The notes under the pieces: generated by a model | Seen by the model: the letters and a program-made list of their open reading frames with translations, nothing else | Database searches by the model: none | What the model was told of the DNA's origin: nothing | Assembly (NCBI GenBank): GCA_022844265.1 | Contig: JALHMA010000001.1 | Coordinates: 18,260-82,259, forward strand | Length of the DNA stretch: 64,000 nucleotides | Direction of reading: 5' to 3' | DNA from: Saprospiraceae bacterium | GTDB taxonomy: Bacteria > Bacteroidota > Bacteroidia > Chitinophagales > Saprospiraceae | Position numbers and translations under genes: made by a program | In this document: positions 1 to 8,084 of the stretch, in pieces | Layout: each line of letters begins with the position of its first letter | Position numbering within the stretch: position 1 is the first letter of the stretch

Positions 1-388
1 GGAAGTTTTCCATGCCCTGTGTCTCAGGCATTGCTGCAAACGTTCCATCCTGGTGAAAGCGCCGTCCGTGGTAGCCGCAGATAATACCGCGCTCCAACTT
101 GCCGGGATGTTCCACCAGGATTTTGCCGCGGTGGGTACAGACATTGGACATACACCGCAAAGTTTGATGTGCATCGCGCAACAGCAACAGCGGTTCTTCG
201 ATAAAATTGTCCATAAATTGAAACGGCATGGCATCGTGCGGCACCCGCACAATATCTTCAGCGCCTACGATCATTTGCCAGGATCGGGCAAAAACGGCTT
301 CCCGGCAGGTTTCAAACTGTTCGGGATCATTGTAAAACCGGCCCGGAAGTGTAGCGGCGCGGTTGATATTTGCGTCGATGTCAAACAT
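1..388 (-). CDS. Rieske [2Fe-2S] domain oxygenase-like protein, N-terminal part (gene runs off the left edge)
   Basis: Absent from the ORF track because it has no stop in the window. My reverse-strand translation from the ATG (complement of 386-388) reads MFDIDANINRAATLPGRFYNDPEQFE...CTHRGKILVEHPGKLERGIICGYHGRRFHQDG, which contains a CxH-x17-CxxH Rieske motif. Confidence 0.8.
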   Translation of the reverse strand, partial: MFDIDANINRAATLPGRFYNDPEQFETCREAVFARSWQMIVGAEDIVRVPHDAMPFQFMDNFIEEPLLLLRDAHQTLRCMSNVCTHRGKILVEHPGKLERGIICGYHGRRFHQDGTFAAMPETQGMENF

Positions 389-451
389 GTATATTTATTT
401 TTTTAAATCCGTGTCCAATCTGTCCAATCCGTGTTCCATCACTCGAAATCC

Positions 452-2161
452 TCAAAAACCCCTGGCGGCATCGCCTCCCCGGGGGTCGGCAACTCCCTGC
501 CAGGTACCGTCGGGCAGGCGAATGATCGCTTCCACGCGTCCGATGGGCTCTCTGAGGTAAATCGTATGTCCCATGGCTTTCAGTTTTGCCAGCAGTTCCT
601 CCGGCATAGTGTTTTCTTCCACCGCAATCTGATCGGGTAACCACTGGTGGTGAAAACGCCCGGCTTTTACAGCGTCCGGCAATGACATTCCAAACTGGGA
701 AACATTGACAATCACCTGGAAAACACTGGTGGGGATGGTTGTTCCACCTGGTGTACCTACCACCATCCATACTTTGTTCTTTTGGGTGACAATAGTCGGA
801 GTCATACTGCTTAGCGGGCGTTTATGACCGACTATGGCATTGGCTTTGCCTCCTATTGCGCCATACAGGTTGGGTGCGCCGGGTTTTGCGCTGAAGTCGT
901 CCATTTCATTGTTCAAAATAAACCCTGCGCCGGTTACCACTGCCCGGCTGCCATAACTGTCGTTGAGGGTAGTGGTGACCGACACAGCGTTGCCTTCCGC
1001 ATCGACGATAGAATAATGCGTGGTTTCTTCACTTTCTTTTACCGTTCCAGCCACTACTGCGCTACTGGGAGTAGCCATTTTTTTATCGAAATCCTTCATT
1101 CTCTTTTTTAAATAGGCACGGGAGACGATCTGGCTGACAGGCACTTTCCAGAAATCCGGATCGCCGATGTGTTCTGCCCGGTCGGCGTAGGCGCGGCGTT
1201 CGGCTTCGGCCATCAGGTGAACAGATTCCGGTGTGTGAAAGCCGAGGGATTTAATCTTGAACTGACCGACCATGCCGAGCAACTGCTGTAAAATGATACC
1301 ACCGCTGCTGGGCGGGGGCATGGTAACGATGTGGCATTCGCCAAAGTCAAATTCCAGCGGCTTGCGCCAGACACTGTGGTAATTTTTAAGGTCTTCAGCA
1401 GTGATCAATCCTTTTTTTTGCGACATGGTGCGTTCGATCAGGGCTGCGATCCCGGCGGTATAAAAACCGTCGCGCCCTTTTTCTGCAATCGTTCGGAACG
1501 TATTCGCCAGATCTTTCTGAATCAGCCAGTCGCGAAATTCCCAGGGTTGCTGACTAACAAAAGCAGGGATCAGGGGGCTGTTGTTCAAAAAAACGTTTCG
1601 TTCCGCATTCAGATCATTCGCTTCATCTTCGGTGAGTTGGAAACCTTTATCAGCCAATTCAATGGCGGGCGCTACCAGGTCTTTCCAGGGAAGACGACCG
1701 TATTTCTGGTGCGCTTCCCACATGCCGTCTACCGTGCCGGGAACGCCTGCTGCCAGTACGCCAAAGCGGCTTTTGTCGGGTACGACTTCGCCAAGGGAGT
1801 CTAAATACATACCTTCTGTTGCGGCGGCGGGCGCTTTTTCGCGGTAATCCAGGGCTTCTGTCCGGCCATTTTTATCCCTGTAAATTAAAAAACCACCGCC
1901 GCCGATGTTGCCTGCCTGCGGATAAACGACTGCCAGCGCAAACTGTACTGCCACCGCAGCATCGATGGCATTTCCTCCGGCGCGCAACACATCGACCCCT
2001 ACCTGGGTAGCCAGGGGATGCGCCGTGACAACCATAGCGCTGTCGCCTGTCGCTACTTTTTCATAAACGTAGGGGAAAGGAATATACTTCTGAGCCGGTA
2101 AAACGGCTGCCCAACATATAAGTGTTAAGGCGAGAATCGTGTTTTTGTGAAATAGATTCAT
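452..2161 (-). CDS. ggt: gamma-glutamyltranspeptidase
   Basis: The 571-aa ORF contains TTHYSIVDAEGNAVSVTTTLNDSYGS (autoprocessing Thr region) and GGTTIPTSVFQ, and has an N-terminal signal peptide. I trimmed the start to the ATG at 2161 (MNLFHKN); the track start is a TTG two codons upstream. Confidence 0.9.
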   Translation of the reverse strand: MNLFHKNTILALTLICWAAVLPAQKYIPFPYVYEKVATGDSAMVVTAHPLATQVGVDVLRAGGNAIDAAVAVQFALAVVYPQAGNIGGGGFLIYRDKNGRTEALDYREKAPAAATEGMYLDSLGEVVPDKSRFGVLAAGVPGTVDGMWEAHQKYGRLPWKDLVAPAIELADKGFQLTEDEANDLNAERNVFLNNSPLIPAFVSQQPWEFRDWLIQKDLANTFRTIAEKGRDGFYTAGIAALIERTMSQKKGLITAEDLKNYHSVWRKPLEFDFGECHIVTMPPPSSGGIILQQLLGMVGQFKIKSLGFHTPESVHLMAEAERRAYADRAEHIGDPDFWKVPVSQIVSRAYLKKRMKDFDKKMATPSSAVVAGTVKESEETTHYSIVDAEGNAVSVTTTLNDSYGSRAVVTGAGFILNNEMDDFSAKPGAPNLYGAIGGKANAIVGHKRPLSSMTPTIVTQKNKVWMVVGTPGGTTIPTSVFQVIVNVSQFGMSLPDAVKAGRFHHQWLPDQIAVEENTMPEELLAKLKAMGHTIYLREPIGRVEAIIRLPDGTWQGVADPRGGDAARGF

Positions 2162-2216
2162 GGACAAAATAAAGGAAGTGGTAAATCTTTAAGGCTTCCT
2201 GAGATGCAAACCTATA

Positions 2217-3605
2217 TTAGTTATCGGTTATCCCTGTTGATAATCTGGCTTCCACCCTTTTTAGTGGCAAGGCATTCACTTTTTGTCCCACACTTTTTCC
2301 CAGCCGCAAACCCTCGATGCAGTCCATGCGGTAATGAACGCCCAGCAGCACGCGGGAAGTAGCGTTTTCCTGTGCCATTTCTGTAAAGGAGTGGTAGGTG
2401 CGCGGTTTTCCGGTAAATTCCTGCCGGTTTTCGTGGGTCCTGTCTGTCAAGGTAAAATGCTCGCCCAACTGAGCGGTCAGCACTTCTGCAGCGGCAGCGC
2501 CGAATGCGGAATGTCCGGAAGGGTAGGAGGGGAAGGACGGGTTTTCGTGCAGGGGCGACCAATCTGTTTTCATCACCCGGCGAATGTACGTTTCCGGGCG
2601 TTCCAGGTTGAACGTATATTTTCCATGCCAGGTAACAATCCCCACATCGCATAGTGCAAATGCCGTTTTCAGGTAGGTTTCTATCACTTCCGTAAATGGA
2701 AGATTGGCCTGCTCCAGCGCCTGGTTGGCAATAGAAATCCAGCGCCCTGCCGGGGTGAGGGTAAGACCCGGAATATCGTCGCTCCACAATTCTGCAATCC
2801 AGTGGTTTTCTTTACTGAGGAGATGTGAGACAGATAATACTTCCACTGCTTCCGTATGAAGAGCCGAGCCTGGCGATTCATCGAAAGGAAGTGGCGGCTT
2901 CACCGGAATATCGGAAGTGCTTGCTACAAATGTCCTGGTCTTTCCCCAGTTGGGTAACAGGGCTGGAAGTGGGCGTTTGTTGTTGGGTTGCCAGCACCCC
3001 GCACAGGTATCGGCTACGTAACGGCGATCATAATTAAACAGGAAAGCGTCGTGTCCTTCCTTATCGGTCATTGACCATTGCCAGACGGCTTTACTTACGG
3101 ATTGTCCAAAGGTTTTGGATTGATACAGGATGTGGCTGTCGATAATATCGTGAAAACGCCGGGCATACGTTTCTTCCAGATCATTAATTTGATTTTTCAG
3201 ATTTTGAGGTGTCGTTGGGAAAAAATCGCGCAAGATTTGGGCATAGGCGGCATTCAGACTGGTTGGCAAGTGGAACTGACCTTTTACGGGCACAATAGAT
3301 GGTTTGGCGTAACCCGGGAAGTATTGCGCCATGGAAATATAGCCTTTCATATCAGGCAACGCTGCTTCATAAGCAGCCATTTCTACATAGGCAAACATGC
3401 GGGCGCTCACAGGAGGCCGGTATCCGGGGGTATACCGTTCCAGATCGAGCATCAACTTGTTCCACGCGAGTGTGGCTTCCGCTGCGATCCGGTGCTCCTC
3501 AGACTCTGCTTCCGCAAGTTGACGGCAGCTTTGTCCCAGCACAATACCCAGCAACAAACTTGCTACTAGTATTTTTTTCAGGAAAACAAACCAGTTTTTT
3601 TTCAT
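2217..3605 (-). CDS. PAP2-superfamily / vanadium-dependent haloperoxidase-like lipoprotein
   Basis: All three PAP2 motifs are present: KYTFNLERP (Kx6RP), PSYPSGHS (PSGH) and SRVLLGVHYRMD (SRx5Hx3D). The likely start is the internal MKKNWFVFLKK...GQSC lipoprotein-type signal (ATG at 3605), not the track start at 3671. Confidence 0.75.
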   Translation of the reverse strand: MKKNWFVFLKKILVASLLLGIVLGQSCRQLAEAESEEHRIAAEATLAWNKLMLDLERYTPGYRPPVSARMFAYVEMAAYEAALPDMKGYISMAQYFPGYAKPSIVPVKGQFHLPTSLNAAYAQILRDFFPTTPQNLKNQINDLEETYARRFHDIIDSHILYQSKTFGQSVSKAVWQWSMTDKEGHDAFLFNYDRRYVADTCAGCWQPNNKRPLPALLPNWGKTRTFVASTSDIPVKPPLPFDESPGSALHTEAVEVLSVSHLLSKENHWIAELWSDDIPGLTLTPAGRWISIANQALEQANLPFTEVIETYLKTAFALCDVGIVTWHGKYTFNLERPETYIRRVMKTDWSPLHENPSFPSYPSGHSAFGAAAAEVLTAQLGEHFTLTDRTHENRQEFTGKPRTYHSFTEMAQENATSRVLLGVHYRMDCIEGLRLGKSVGQKVNALPLKRVEARLSTGITDN

Positions 3606-3622
3606 AAGCCCAGACGTAAACG

Positions 3623-3700
3623 GTGTTTGGTGTTTGGTTTTTCGTGTTTGGGGGTACTTCGCTTTTGGCATCTTGTGGTGTAGGTTTACAGGCCTGAAAT
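3623..3700. repeat. Truncated (left-arm only) copy of the GTGTTTGG hairpin element family
   Basis: gtgtttggtgtttggtttttcgtgtttgggggtacttcgcttttggcatcttgtgg...ggcctgaaat aligns with the left arms and loops of the elements at 40718 and 42220. No complementary right arm follows. Confidence 0.6.
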
Positions 3701-3714
3701 ACCCAAGTCCAAAT

Positions 3715-3770
3715 CTCTCACCCTCTCACCCTCTCACCCTCTCACCCTCTCACCCTCTCACCCTCTCACC
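3715..3770. repeat. Perfect octanucleotide microsatellite (CTCTCACC)x7
   Basis: Counted directly: seven head-to-tail perfect copies. It is intergenic, lying 4 nt downstream of the histidine-kinase stop (3775-3777) and about 110 nt upstream of the haloperoxidase-like start at 3605. Confidence 0.95.
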
Positions 3771-3774
3771 TCTG

Positions 3775-5136
3775 TTAAGGGAAACTCAATTTGAACGTCG
3801 TTCCTTTTCCTTGTGCCGACACAACGTCCAATACCACATGGTGGAGTTTCAGAATGCTTTCCACTAAGGAAAGGCCGATGCCGGATCCGCGCACATGGAT
3901 GTTTTGTGAACTTCGATAAAAGGGTTGAAAAATCAGTTGCATATCTTTGGGAGGGATGCCCGGACCGTGATCCGTAATTTCCACATAGTGTTTTCCGGAT
4001 GATTCGAAACCAATTTTTACTTCCACTTTTTTGTCCTGTGAAAACTTGCATCCGTTGTCCATCAGGTTCTGGAAAGCCGAGCGAAGCAGCGATTCGTTGC
4101 CGAGCACACAAAGTTGATCTTCACTTTCAGGGATACCTTCGATATCGAATGAAATATGATAATCCGGATGCAGACGCAGCAGGGCGGCCCTGGTTTGCAG
4201 CATGATTTCATCCAGCCGAACCTGTTCAAAAGTAATATTGGCGCCTTCCGAATGCACACGCGCCAGTTGAAGCAGTTTTTCCGTCACGTCGCTGAGTTCG
4301 CGGGTATCTTCCAGTACGGAAGTCAGCGTGGCGTGGTATTCGGGCGCATTGCGTTTTTTATCAAGCGCTACTTCCAATTGAGAAAGAATAACGGAGAGCG
4401 GATTTTTTAATTCGTGCGATACATTGGAAATAAAACTTTTTTGCATTCGAAAAGCAAACTGAATGCGGTCGAGCAGGCGGTTGAAAGTAATAACAAGCCT
4501 TGAAATCTCATCGTGGTTATTGGACACGTCGAGGCGCGCACTCAGGTCGGAAGGCAAAATATGATCCACCTGGTTGATAATGCGCGACACGGGCGACATG
4601 GCTTGTCCTGCATAGAACCAGCCGCCGGCAGCTACAATTCCGATGCCCATAAAGAAACTGATAATCAGGATATTGCGCAGGTTGCCGAGTTCTTCGGAAT
4701 TAAAAATGGATTCGGCCACGATCAGGTACTCCTTGCCACTGTGGCTGGTATGTCGCACCGCGATCGCATGTAAGTTTCCATGTTGAAAACAGGTTTCTTC
4801 ATTCGATTTGAGTTCGCGCAGCCGGTTGTCAGTCAGCGGTTCTCCATCCCGGTTGAAGGCAAAAACCATTTGTAGTTTGCCATTGTAGATGACCACATTT
4901 TCCCTGAATGGCAGCAATTCGGCGTTTTCAGAATTGTTTTCTGTTGTCAGTATTTGCAATTTTTCTTCTTCATGGAGCACCATTTCGGCGGTCATCAGCG
5001 CTTTAGAGCGCAGGTTGTTATAAAATTCATCCTCCGTGATTTGCCGGAATTTGAAATAAATAAAACAAAGCGACAGCAGAAGGATGCCGGCCACGAGTAT
5101 GATAAATTGTAAAGTAAGTTTTGTACGAATTTGCAT
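3775..5136 (-). CDS. Two-component sensor histidine kinase
   Basis: It has two predicted TM segments, an H-box SHELKNPLS, and N/G boxes (NLMDNGCKF, DHGPGI, GSGIGLSLV). Confidence 0.87.
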   Translation of the reverse strand: MQIRTKLTLQFIILVAGILLLSLCFIYFKFRQITEDEFYNNLRSKALMTAEMVLHEEEKLQILTTENNSENAELLPFRENVVIYNGKLQMVFAFNRDGEPLTDNRLRELKSNEETCFQHGNLHAIAVRHTSHSGKEYLIVAESIFNSEELGNLRNILIISFFMGIGIVAAGGWFYAGQAMSPVSRIINQVDHILPSDLSARLDVSNNHDEISRLVITFNRLLDRIQFAFRMQKSFISNVSHELKNPLSVILSQLEVALDKKRNAPEYHATLTSVLEDTRELSDVTEKLLQLARVHSEGANITFEQVRLDEIMLQTRAALLRLHPDYHISFDIEGIPESEDQLCVLGNESLLRSAFQNLMDNGCKFSQDKKVEVKIGFESSGKHYVEITDHGPGIPPKDMQLIFQPFYRSSQNIHVRGSGIGLSLVESILKLHHVVLDVVSAQGKGTTFKLSFP

Positions 5137-5143
5137 ATCAGGT

Positions 5144-5827
5144 TCAGACTTCTTCTTCCCGCAGGATATAACCGTTTTTAAACTGGGTGTGGATCAATTT
5201 TCTGGCAAAACCTTTTTCAATTTTTTTGCGCAAAAAGTTCACATAGACTTCAATCACATTGGTTCCTGTATCGAAATGCAGGTTCCAGACGCGCTCTGAA
5301 ATCTCGTTTTTGGAGATTACCCTTCCAGGATTACGCAATAAGTATTCCATAAGTGAAAATTCACGCGGTGTCAGGGCAATCTTTTGCCCTTCCCGGAAAA
5401 ACTCCTTGGTTTCGAGGTTCATTTCCAGATCGGCGAAGCGCAGGCTGGGCGACGACTGGTAAGTATCAACCGGCCGCCGGGCCAATGCCCGGATACGCAT
5501 GAGCAATTCACGAAATTCAAAAGGTTTCGTCAAATAATCATCCGCGCCGGCTTCAAAACCACTAACTTTGTCATCTGTTTGTCCCAACGCACTTAACAAA
5601 ATAACAGGTGTCCGGTTACCGGTGTTGCGAAGTTGAAGTAATAAATCGATACCATTTAGTTCAGGCAGGATAATATCTGAAATAATGACGGCGTATTCAT
5701 TGCCCACAGCCAACTGGTATCCGGACAATCCATCTAACGCTGCATCCACCTCGATCTGGTGTTCTTCCAGCCCTTTTTTAAGGGAACGGGCCATTTTGGG
5801 TTCATCTTCTATCAGTAACACTTTCAT
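5144..5827 (-). CDS. OmpR/PhoB-type response regulator
   Basis: The receiver domain reads MKVLLIEDEP...DIILPELNG and is followed by a winged-helix output domain (LTPREFSLMEYLLRNPGRV...GYIL). The start is trimmed to ATG 5827. The gene sits 7 nt upstream of the kinase gene. Confidence 0.9.
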   Translation of the reverse strand: MKVLLIEDEPKMARSLKKGLEEHQIEVDAALDGLSGYQLAVGNEYAVIISDIILPELNGIDLLLQLRNTGNRTPVILLSALGQTDDKVSGFEAGADDYLTKPFEFRELLMRIRALARRPVDTYQSSPSLRFADLEMNLETKEFFREGQKIALTPREFSLMEYLLRNPGRVISKNEISERVWNLHFDTGTNVIEVYVNFLRKKIEKGFARKLIHTQFKNGYILREEEV

Positions 5828-5997
5828 ATCAACGGGTATTGGCTTGCAAAACACGACAAAAAACAAGGTATGCAGTGCCCAAATATAGGCAATGTGCAGA
5901 TTTTAAGCGCTTTTTAATCTGAATTTGAACTGTTTGGTGAAAAGTGGCCGGTACTTTGCTACGCCTCCCTGCAATGTTTCACGTAAAAAACTAAATT

Positions 5998-7380
5998 ATG
6001 CAATTTTTGAAAAGTTACACACCTCTAGTCCTTTTGGCATTCCTCGTTATGGGCGTTTTAATCCCCGCTTGTAAAGATGCAGACCCCGCTGCTTCGGTTG
6101 ATGCCAAATCGGTAAAAACATTTGACAACAAAGTTGTCTACGACTGGAACGAGTTGTTCCTTCAAATCGAACGCTATGCTGCGGGTTATCGCCCCGGCCC
6201 TGCGCCACGCGCTATTGCTTACATGGGCCTTTCTGCCTGGGAAGCCTGTATCACCGGTATGCCGGAGTACAATTCTGTAGCCAATCTGTATGCCGGACTC
6301 AGCATTCCCGCTGCCGGATCGGAAGAGTACCACTGGCCAACAGTGATCAACGCTTCCTATGGCTACCTGATGCCCCGTTTTTTCCCGAATACTGCGGACA
6401 ACCTGCGCCAGAGAATGGTAGCACTGGAAAATCAGTACAACGACAGAGGCGAAGCGGAAGTCAGCCCGGAGATATTCAAACGCTCTAAAGAATACGGCGA
6501 ATCTGTGGCAGCAGCAGTTTGGGCGTATTCCAAAACGGATCTGGTTGGCCACGATCACTACCTCGATCCATTCCAGGGTTACAACTGGCAGGATCACTAT
6601 GACAGCGATGGCGACTGGAAACCTACTTTCCCCGGCCCCGGCAAACCCATGGGTGGCGTTTGGGGCGGTGCACGCGTATTCGCACTGACTGAAAAAATTT
6701 GCCGTCCACCGATAGAGTATTCCGCTTCCAGCACTTCCGAGTTGTATTCTCAGGCTTTGGAAGTATACGCACAAAATACACCTACACTGTCCTATGAAGA
6801 CGAATGGGTGGGTGAATTCTGGAGCGATGACCTCCTCAACCTGACTTTCAGCCCCGGCCCACGCTGGCTGGCTGTCGGCGACCAGGTACTGTCAGATGAA
6901 AACAGCGATCTGGAAACAGCGCTCTATATGACCGTTAAAGTAGGTATGGCGCTGAATGACGCTTCTGTAGGCGCGTGGTATTCCAAATACTACTACAACG
7001 TAGAACGCCCGCAGTCGTACATCAACCGTGTATTCGATCCTTCCTGGAAACCAGCGTTGTACAACCCGCTGACAGGTGAGGAAGGTGTAACACCATCTTT
7101 CCCTGCTTATCCTTCCGGCCACGCTACTATGGGCGCTGCAGGCGCCGAAATATTGGGCGACGTTTTCGGATATGCCTATGCCATGACCGACCGTTGCCAT
7201 GAGAATCGCTCGGAATTTGAAGGTGTTCCACGTAGTTTCGGCAGTTTCTTCGAAATGGCGCAGGAAAATGCGTGGTCGCGTGTTCCACTGGGCGTTCACT
7301 TCCGCATGGACTGCGAAGAAGGTGTTCGTTTCGGTACAGGTATCGGCCGTCAGGTGAATAGACTGCCCTGGAAAAAATAA
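5998..7380 (+). CDS. PAP2-superfamily / vanadium-dependent haloperoxidase-like lipoprotein (paralog of 2217-3605)
   Basis: It carries KYYYNVERP, PAYPSGHATMG and SRVPLGVHFRMD, plus a lipoprotein-type signal ending LIPAC. The architecture matches the first paralog. Confidence 0.75.
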   Translation: MQFLKSYTPLVLLAFLVMGVLIPACKDADPAASVDAKSVKTFDNKVVYDWNELFLQIERYAAGYRPGPAPRAIAYMGLSAWEACITGMPEYNSVANLYAGLSIPAAGSEEYHWPTVINASYGYLMPRFFPNTADNLRQRMVALENQYNDRGEAEVSPEIFKRSKEYGESVAAAVWAYSKTDLVGHDHYLDPFQGYNWQDHYDSDGDWKPTFPGPGKPMGGVWGGARVFALTEKICRPPIEYSASSTSELYSQALEVYAQNTPTLSYEDEWVGEFWSDDLLNLTFSPGPRWLAVGDQVLSDENSDLETALYMTVKVGMALNDASVGAWYSKYYYNVERPQSYINRVFDPSWKPALYNPLTGEEGVTPSFPAYPSGHATMGAAGAEILGDVFGYAYAMTDRCHENRSEFEGVPRSFGSFFEMAQENAWSRVPLGVHFRMDCEEGVRFGTGIGRQVNRLPWKK

Positions 7381-7498
7381 AACCACAGCGTAAGAAACAT
7401 AAATGGAGGGAAGGGGCTGTCAGCAATGGCGGCCTCTTTTTTGTAACCCTCAACCCCCATAGCCATCAACAATTCAACATTCTCAACACGTTCAAGAT

Positions 7499-7960
7499 AT
7501 GTTTCAAAAAATCTACTGGCTTTTACTACTCGTATGCTGGGGCAGCGCTTGCCGGCAGGAAGCGCCTAAACAATTTGAAAAAGTTGATAAATATGAGACT
7601 GGCGTCGTGTCCCGCCGCACTTCTTTTGTCGATGGAAAAAAAGAAGGCAAAATGACCGATTACTACGGTGATGGTAAATTAATGGCCGAACGCTGGTTTC
7701 ACAATGACAAGCAAGAAGGGCGCACCGTGGTTTATTACCCTAGTGGAAAAATCAAGGAAGTGCAATACTTCCAAGCGGGCGCTCACCACGGTGGAGACAC
7801 GCTTTGGTACGAAAACGGCCAGGTTCAGTTTACGGTCAACTTTGAAAATAACCTGAAAAACGGCTATTTGTACAAGTGGTCGCCCGAAGGAGAAATGATT
7901 TTTAACTCCCGTTACCGGAATGATACGCTCATTGAAGTAAAAGGGGAGCCGATTAAATAA
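7499..7960 (+). CDS. MORN-repeat (YwqK-like) secreted protein
   Basis: There is a signal peptide followed by repeated G-K/Q-x-G-x-x-x-Y-Y/W-x-N/D-G units (KKEGKMTDYYGDGK, KQEGRTVVYYPSGK, GDTLWYENGQ, LKNGYLYKWSPEG). Confidence 0.6.
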   Translation: MFQKIYWLLLLVCWGSACRQEAPKQFEKVDKYETGVVSRRTSFVDGKKEGKMTDYYGDGKLMAERWFHNDKQEGRTVVYYPSGKIKEVQYFQAGAHHGGDTLWYENGQVQFTVNFENNLKNGYLYKWSPEGEMIFNSRYRNDTLIEVKGEPIK

Positions 7961-8084
7961 AAGGCAAGAAGCAAAGGGCAAACATGAGTCCATCCCTCTA
8001 TGCTTCAACCCTATTTTAAGCGACTTTTAAGGCCGTTATTGGGTCTTGGGACTTTCCTTTGTACGCTCTTGTAAAATCCAGATT

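Noticed and set aside
3634-3867. ORF translating the octamer repeat as SPSHPLTLSPSHPLTL
   Set aside because: It is an artefact of the (CTCTCACC)x7 microsatellite. It overlaps the 3' end of the histidine-kinase gene on the opposite strand.
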